A DNA stretch of 32,398 nt from Sphingomicrobium sp. (lineage in GTDB: Bacteria > Pseudomonadota > Alphaproteobacteria > Sphingomonadales > Sphingomonadaceae). Position 1 is the stretch's first letter. Every line of letters starts with the position of its first letter. The position numbers and the translations under genes are program-made. The DNA lies in assembly GCA_035758865.1 (NCBI GenBank), contig DASTVY010000236.1, positions 1 to 32,398 of the forward strand. The letters are read 5' to 3'. Shown piece after piece: positions 27,712 to 32,398 of this stretch. The notes below the pieces were generated by a model. It searched no databases. It was given only the letters and a program-made list of their open reading frames with translations, and was not told where the DNA came from.

Positions 27712-28860
27712 ATGGCCGATCCCACCGATCCCGTATTACCACCTGCCGACCCCACCGATCCCGTATCGCCACTCGCCGAAACGACCGCGGCAGGGCCCGC
27801 CCCCGGCATAGGTCTAGCGATCTCCGGTGGCGGTTACCGCGCAATGCTGTTCCATCTGGGGTCGTTCCTTCGCCTGTTCGAGGTTGGGCTGCTGAAGAAG
27901 CTCGACCGAATTTCCAGCGTCTCCGGAGGGTCGATAACCTCCGCTAAGATCGCGCTTGAATGGGACCGGCTGGGAAGTCGGGATCACTTCGTCGAACATG
28001 TCGTCGGCCCGATCCGTGGGCTCGCCGGGACGACGATCGACGTTCCCTCGGTCGCCGGAGGAGTCCTGCTTCCCGGAAGCGTGGCCGACCGAATCTCCGG
28101 CTTCTATCGAAGGCATTTGTTCGGCGACGCCACGCTTCAGGACCTGCCCGACGAGCCGCGCTTCGTGATCAACGCGACCAGCGTCGAAACGGGCAGCCTG
28201 TGGCGCTTTTCGAAACCCTACATGCGCGACTGGCGCGTCGGCAAAGTCGATAATCCCGATGTCCCGCTTGCCGATGCGGTCACTGCATCCTCCGCTTTCC
28301 CGCCGGTGCTCTCCCCCTTTGTGCTCGAAGTCGATCCCGCGGATTTCTCGGTGGTCGAGCAAGGCGTCGACGCGAAGTTCTTGTCGGACATCTCGCTGAC
28401 CGACGGCGGCGTTTACGACAATCTGGGCCTGGAGACGGTGTGGAAGCGCTATCAGACCGTGCTCGTCTCCGATGCTGGCGGGCTGCTCGCCCTCGATCCA
28501 TCGCCGCCGGCCGACTGGGCGCGGCACGCGCTGCGGGCAATTGAAATCATCCATGGCCAGGTTTCGTCAGTGCGAAAACGTCAGGTCATCGCTTCCTATC
28601 AGTCCGGCGAAAGGAGCGGCGCCTATTGGGGGATTGCGTCCGATATCGGCCGTTACCAACTACCCGATGCCCTCCCCGCGCCGCTCGGTCGGACGCGGCA
28701 GCTGGCGGAAACCGCGACACGGCTCAAGCGCCTCGGCAAGGATGACCAGGAACGGCTGATCAACTGGGGCTACGCGGTGTGCGACGCTGCAATCCGCAAA
28801 CATTATCCAGAGGCGAGCGCCCAGGCACCGGGTGGATACCCTTACCCGATCGGAGTTTGA
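27712..28860 (+). CDS. Patatin-like phospholipase
   Basis: 382 aa from ATG 27712 (AAGGGGAAG SD). Oxyanion loop SGGGYRA, nucleophile SVSGG (Ser71), ASSAFP, catalytic DGGVYDN (Asp231). Confidence 0.9.
   Translation: MADPTDPVLPPADPTDPVSPLAETTAAGPAPGIGLAISGGGYRAMLFHLGSFLRLFEVGLLKKLDRISSVSGGSITSAKIALEWDRLGSRDHFVEHVVGPIRGLAGTTIDVPSVAGGVLLPGSVADRISGFYRRHLFGDATLQDLPDEPRFVINATSVETGSLWRFSKPYMRDWRVGKVDNPDVPLADAVTASSAFPPVLSPFVLEVDPADFSVVEQGVDAKFLSDISLTDGGVYDNLGLETVWKRYQTVLVSDAGGLLALDPSPPADWARHALRAIEIIHGQVSSVRKRQVIASYQSGERSGAYWGIASDIGRYQLPDALPAPLGRTRQLAETATRLKRLGKDDQERLINWGYAVCDAAIRKHYPEASAQAPGGYPYPIGV
27715..27774 (+). repeat. In-frame 30-nt tandem duplication (2 copies)
   Basis: GCCGATCCCACCGATCCCGTATTACCACCT / GCCGACCCCACCGATCCCGTATCGCCACTC, encoding ADPTDPVLPP-ADPTDPVSPL. 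Confidence 0.9.
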
Positions 28861-28863
28861 TCG

Positions 28864-30870
28864 ATGGCCCACCGTCTTCCGCCACAGATCATCGATCTGC
28901 TCTTGCTTGGGGCTCCGGAACGCCGTCGCCAGCTCCAAGACCTGCCGATCCTCGGCGACGTGTGGAGCCACGTTGCTGACAAGCCCGACCTTCCGCCGGA
29001 TCTATTGATCATCCCCGCTAGGGGACATGCTACGGCCGACGTTGCGCGCTTGCTCAAGGCGCCGGGCGAGAGGCATAACCGAGGTCGCGGCGATATCAGC
29101 GTTGCCTTCATCGAAGGCATTATCGTTGCCACCTTATCCCTTCGCGACCTCGTCGAATTTGTGATCCCTGCCACCAAATGGTGGAAGGGCATCGAGGATG
29201 ATTGGCAGCCGGAGGCGAAGCGGACATCTCCGAAACTCGCGCAATGGATTTCCGCCGAAATCCGCAACCTCCTGCCAAGACCGGCCGAGATTAGCCCGGC
29301 CGACGTCAGCCGCCGGCGCGCCGAATTTGCTCCAAACAGCAGTGCCGAAGCGGCGGCACGAATGGGCGCACTGATCGGAACTTTCGTCGCTGCCCAAGTT
29401 GAGATGAAGGAACATCCGGAACGTCAGACTCCAAACTGGAGCGACTTTGGCCCGGATCCACAGCGCATTTTCCGGGCGGTTGTGGATTTCTTCGAGCCCG
29501 AACGGATTGCCCGCCTCGGCGTCAGCGCGCTTCAAACCATCTTCGATAATTACCATGGGCTCAAACGGGACGGTGCCGATCATCGGGGCGCGATCTTTCA
29601 GGTCACGACCAACCGCGTTGCCGAAATGGCCCTCTGGGATTCGGTACCTGCAATCAAGGCCGATGCAGCGCGAACCTTATTCTCGATCAGCTGTGAAAAG
29701 CTCGGCTGGGCCGTGATCGACAGCGGCATCGACCACCGGCACCCGGCTTTCCGGGATCAAAAACACGCTCACAAGGTCATCACGGAGTCTGGAGTCCTCA
29801 AGGCCGACCCCGACAAATCGCCCTACAAAGAGCAAATGCGGCATCGCATCCGTGCGGCGTTCGACTTTACCCGAATTCGCGCCATCCTTGGCGTCAAGGA
29901 TAGCGAAATCCCGGCGATTGGCGCGGCAATTGCGGCCAATAATGGACTGGCAAAGCGCGATTGTACCCAGCGCCTCAAAAAGATCATCGATGACCGCGAC
30001 AACGGCCGGCCAGTCGATTGGCGGAACGTGGAGCCGCTGGTTTCATTGGATCTGGCCGTGGCGCCCCCTCCCGAGGTCGTCCACGGCACTCACGTCGCCG
30101 GCATAATTGGCGCTGACTGGCAGGAAAGAAACACCGTCACTGGTAATTTCGACGTCCGGATTCAGGGTGTCTGCCCCGACATACGCCTCTACGATTTTCG
30201 GGTGCTGGGAAGTGATCGCGGCGATAGCGAATTCGCCGTCTCGGCGGCGCTTCAGTTCATCCGTTATTTCAACGAGGCGCTCGGTTTCCAGCGGATCCAC
30301 GGGGTCAATATGAGCCTTGCGATCCGCCATAATGTGCGAAACTACGCATGCGGCCAGACCCCGGTGTGCAAGCAGGCAGAGAGTCTGGTCGCCAACGGCG
30401 TGGTCGTCGTCGCTGCGGCGGGGAATCGCGGCTATCTGCAATACCAGCTCGCCGACCAGTCGGTTTACGAGGGCTATGCCGCGTCAAGCATAACCGACCC
30501 CGGCAATGCCGACGGGGTAATCACCGTCGGCGCAACCCATCGCAGCGCGCCGCACACCTATGGCGTCAGCTTCTTCTCTAGCCGTGGGCCGACCGGCGAC
30601 GGTCGACAAAAGCCCGATCTGCTTGCGCCTGGCGAGAAGATCACGAGCTGCGTCGGTTCGGACCGCGACGATGCAATGGACGGCACCAGCATGGCTGCCC
30701 CGCACGTCAGCGGGGCCGCGGCACTGCTGATGGCGCGCCACGAGGAGCTGAAGGGCAATGCGCCTCGAATCAAGGAAATCCTTTGCAACACGGCGACCGA
30801 TCTGAGGCGCGAGCGACAGTTCCAGGGCCACGGAATGGTCGACGTTCTGCGCGCGATTCAATCAATCTGA
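28864..30870 (+). CDS. S8 family subtilisin-like serine peptidase, no signal peptide, long N-terminal region
   Basis: Triad VID286SG, H407GTHVAG, GTS609MAAPHV; oxyanion AAAGN521; SSRGP..DGRQKPDLLAPG. Confidence 0.93.
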   Translation: MAHRLPPQIIDLLLLGAPERRRQLQDLPILGDVWSHVADKPDLPPDLLIIPARGHATADVARLLKAPGERHNRGRGDISVAFIEGIIVATLSLRDLVEFVIPATKWWKGIEDDWQPEAKRTSPKLAQWISAEIRNLLPRPAEISPADVSRRRAEFAPNSSAEAAARMGALIGTFVAAQVEMKEHPERQTPNWSDFGPDPQRIFRAVVDFFEPERIARLGVSALQTIFDNYHGLKRDGADHRGAIFQVTTNRVAEMALWDSVPAIKADAARTLFSISCEKLGWAVIDSGIDHRHPAFRDQKHAHKVITESGVLKADPDKSPYKEQMRHRIRAAFDFTRIRAILGVKDSEIPAIGAAIAANNGLAKRDCTQRLKKIIDDRDNGRPVDWRNVEPLVSLDLAVAPPPEVVHGTHVAGIIGADWQERNTVTGNFDVRIQGVCPDIRLYDFRVLGSDRGDSEFAVSAALQFIRYFNEALGFQRIHGVNMSLAIRHNVRNYACGQTPVCKQAESLVANGVVVVAAAGNRGYLQYQLADQSVYEGYAASSITDPGNADGVITVGATHRSAPHTYGVSFFSSRGPTGDGRQKPDLLAPGEKITSCVGSDRDDAMDGTSMAAPHVSGAAALLMARHEELKGNAPRIKEILCNTATDLRRERQFQGHGMVDVLRAIQSI

Positions 30871-30880
30871 GGAGCCGGCG

Positions 30881-32104
30881 ATGCAATTTGAATTTCTTCC
30901 GGCGTTTCAGGGCGACTGCTTCCTGATCCATGCGGGCACCAAGGCCAAACCTGTGCTGATCCTGGTCGATGGCGGGCCGGGCGGCACCTATAATAAGCAT
31001 CTCAAGCCGAGGTTGATGCAGCTTCGCGACGAACGCGAGTTGGACGAGTTCACCCCGCTTGTGATCAATCTGGTGATCGTCAGCCACGTCGACGATGATC
31101 ATATCAATGGCATCGTCGAGCTGTTCCGTGACATCCGCAAAGCGAAAATGAACGGGGATCCGCCCCTCTTCACAGTGCTTGGCCTGTGGCACAACAGTTT
31201 CGACGAGATCATCGGCAATGATGAGGTCAACGTAGCGACGGCGCAGTTCGGTACCGCCTCGATCGCGCCGGTCATGGCCGATTCGGAGAGCCACGAGCAA
31301 TTCGATGCAGCTTTGATCTTGCAGAGCATTGCCCAAGGCAACGAACTTCGCGACCTGGCCAATTCCGACGAGTTGCAGATACCGATCAACGACGGTTTCG
31401 GCGGGCTAATCAAAAGTTCGCCTGGCAAGAAGGCCGTCCGTAAGATCGGCGGCGTTAGTTTCACTGTGATCGCTCCGCGGGCACCTGAGCTGGTCAAACT
31501 TCAGAAAGATCATGACAAGTGGCTGAAAGAGCAAAAGAAAGCCGGAAAAGTGATCACGCCGGGCTCGATGCTGCAGGCGATGCTGGACACGGCCGTTCCC
31601 AATCTTTCGAGCATCGTTCTTCTTGCGGATGACGGCAAGCGAACGGCACTCCTCACCGGGGACGCGCGAGCGGACTTCATCGTCACCGGCGCGGAAGAGA
31701 TCGGGCTGATCGCAAAGGGGGCCACGCTCGACGTAGACCTGTTCAAGTTGCCGCACCACGGAAGCGACCGGAACGTCGATCCATCGAGCCTGCAGCGAAT
31801 TCGTGCGAAGCAGCATTTATTCACGGGGAACGGCCTGTTCGGCAATCCCGAACGTGCCACGTTCGAGATGTTGCGCGACGCTCGGCCCGGCGCTGAGATG
31901 GAGCTCTACCTGACCTACGACATCGCTTCGATCGACCCGACCCGGAAGGTCGTACACGCGCAGGAACGGCAGAAGGCGATCAACAGGGGCAAACCGCCGG
32001 GCCCCGTGTGGTCCGATTCTGCCAATGCTCTGGCGACGCTGGTGCCCAATCTTCCGAATTCGATGAAGGTGATCCAGCCCACCGGGCCTGCGGTGAAGCT
32101 TTAA
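30881..32104 (+). CDS. MBL-fold metallo-hydrolase, ComEC/Avs1a-like (putative nuclease)
   Basis: QGDCFLI, LVDGG, SHVDDDHING (HxDxDH), NLSSIV, LLTGDA, KLPHHGS; GAGGAG SD; no signal peptide or TM segment. Confidence 0.85.
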   Translation: MQFEFLPAFQGDCFLIHAGTKAKPVLILVDGGPGGTYNKHLKPRLMQLRDERELDEFTPLVINLVIVSHVDDDHINGIVELFRDIRKAKMNGDPPLFTVLGLWHNSFDEIIGNDEVNVATAQFGTASIAPVMADSESHEQFDAALILQSIAQGNELRDLANSDELQIPINDGFGGLIKSSPGKKAVRKIGGVSFTVIAPRAPELVKLQKDHDKWLKEQKKAGKVITPGSMLQAMLDTAVPNLSSIVLLADDGKRTALLTGDARADFIVTGAEEIGLIAKGATLDVDLFKLPHHGSDRNVDPSSLQRIRAKQHLFTGNGLFGNPERATFEMLRDARPGAEMELYLTYDIASIDPTRKVVHAQERQKAINRGKPPGPVWSDSANALATLVPNLPNSMKVIQPTGPAVKL

Positions 32105-32120
32105 TCGCCAACCGCGATTG

Positions 32121-32398
32121 TCAGGCCGGCTGCTTCTTCCGTTCGGCCCGTTCGGTTTTTGCCGCATCGTGCTCGAGAAGCTCCCGGGCACGCAGGATCA
32201 TCTCCACCCAATCGTGGAACGCATGGGCCAACTTGGTCACAACCTCCTTCAGCGGCCCTTCCTTCAAGCACCCGTCCGCATCGAAGCTGTCGTCCGAAAC
32301 GTGACCTAGATAGGCTTCGGGTTGCTGCATCACCGGCATGTTGAGGAATACGCAGGCCTGTCGCAGCTGGTGATTGGCCCCGAATCCACCGATTGCGC
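32121..32398 (-). CDS. NAD(P)H-dependent FMN reductase (ChrR/YieF flavoprotein family), 3' part only; 5' end outside the window
   Basis: The frame stays open to the window edge. Manual translation gives ...AIGGFGANHQLRQACVFLNMPVMQQPEAYLG..., the ChrR/YieF family signature. The ORF track shows only the last 72 aa. Confidence 0.85.
   Translation of the reverse strand, partial: AIGGFGANHQLRQACVFLNMPVMQQPEAYLGHVSDDSFDADGCLKEGPLKEVVTKLAHAFHDWVEMILRARELLEHDAAKTERAERKKQPA

Noticed and set aside
27715-27774. Tandem repeat as a CRISPR array
   Set aside because: Only two abutting copies, no spacers, in frame within a CDS, and no cas genes.
27712-32104. Assignment of the three-gene operon to CBASS, IetAS or AVAST type 1
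   Set aside because: No CD-NTase, AAA ATPase or STAND NTPase is encoded in or beside the operon; only individual domain types are shared.

Overview
GC-rich alphaproteobacterial chromosome segment; gene order and promoter style suggest Sphingomonadaceae (inference). Most of the window is core or housekeeping: a PLP-dependent decarboxylase coupled to hemB, a lipid kinase, valS, an S9 peptidase, popZ-tolC-pcm, tRNA-Cys, an RND efflux operon, PCuAC-SCO, an alpha/beta hydrolase, selO, astD, dnaB and dcd. There are two accessory-looking blocks. (i) chrB-chrA plus an ornithine-cyclodeaminase-family gene, preceded by a structured leader that folds over the ribosome-binding site (probably a chrB-type cis-regulatory RNA). 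(ii) A tight three-gene operon at 27712-32104: patatin-like phospholipase, cytoplasmic S8 subtilase and ComEC/Avs1a-like MBL-fold hydrolase. Block (ii) is the best candidate for an undescribed system, possibly a protease-gated anti-phage/conflict module. Notable non-coding signals are a palindromic repeat at 6201-6269, a sigma-54-like promoter facing antisense into tRNA-Cys, a DnaA box plus a LexA-like box upstream of dnaB, and recurrent leaderless promoter geometry. All assignments come from motif recognition by eye; no database search was run.
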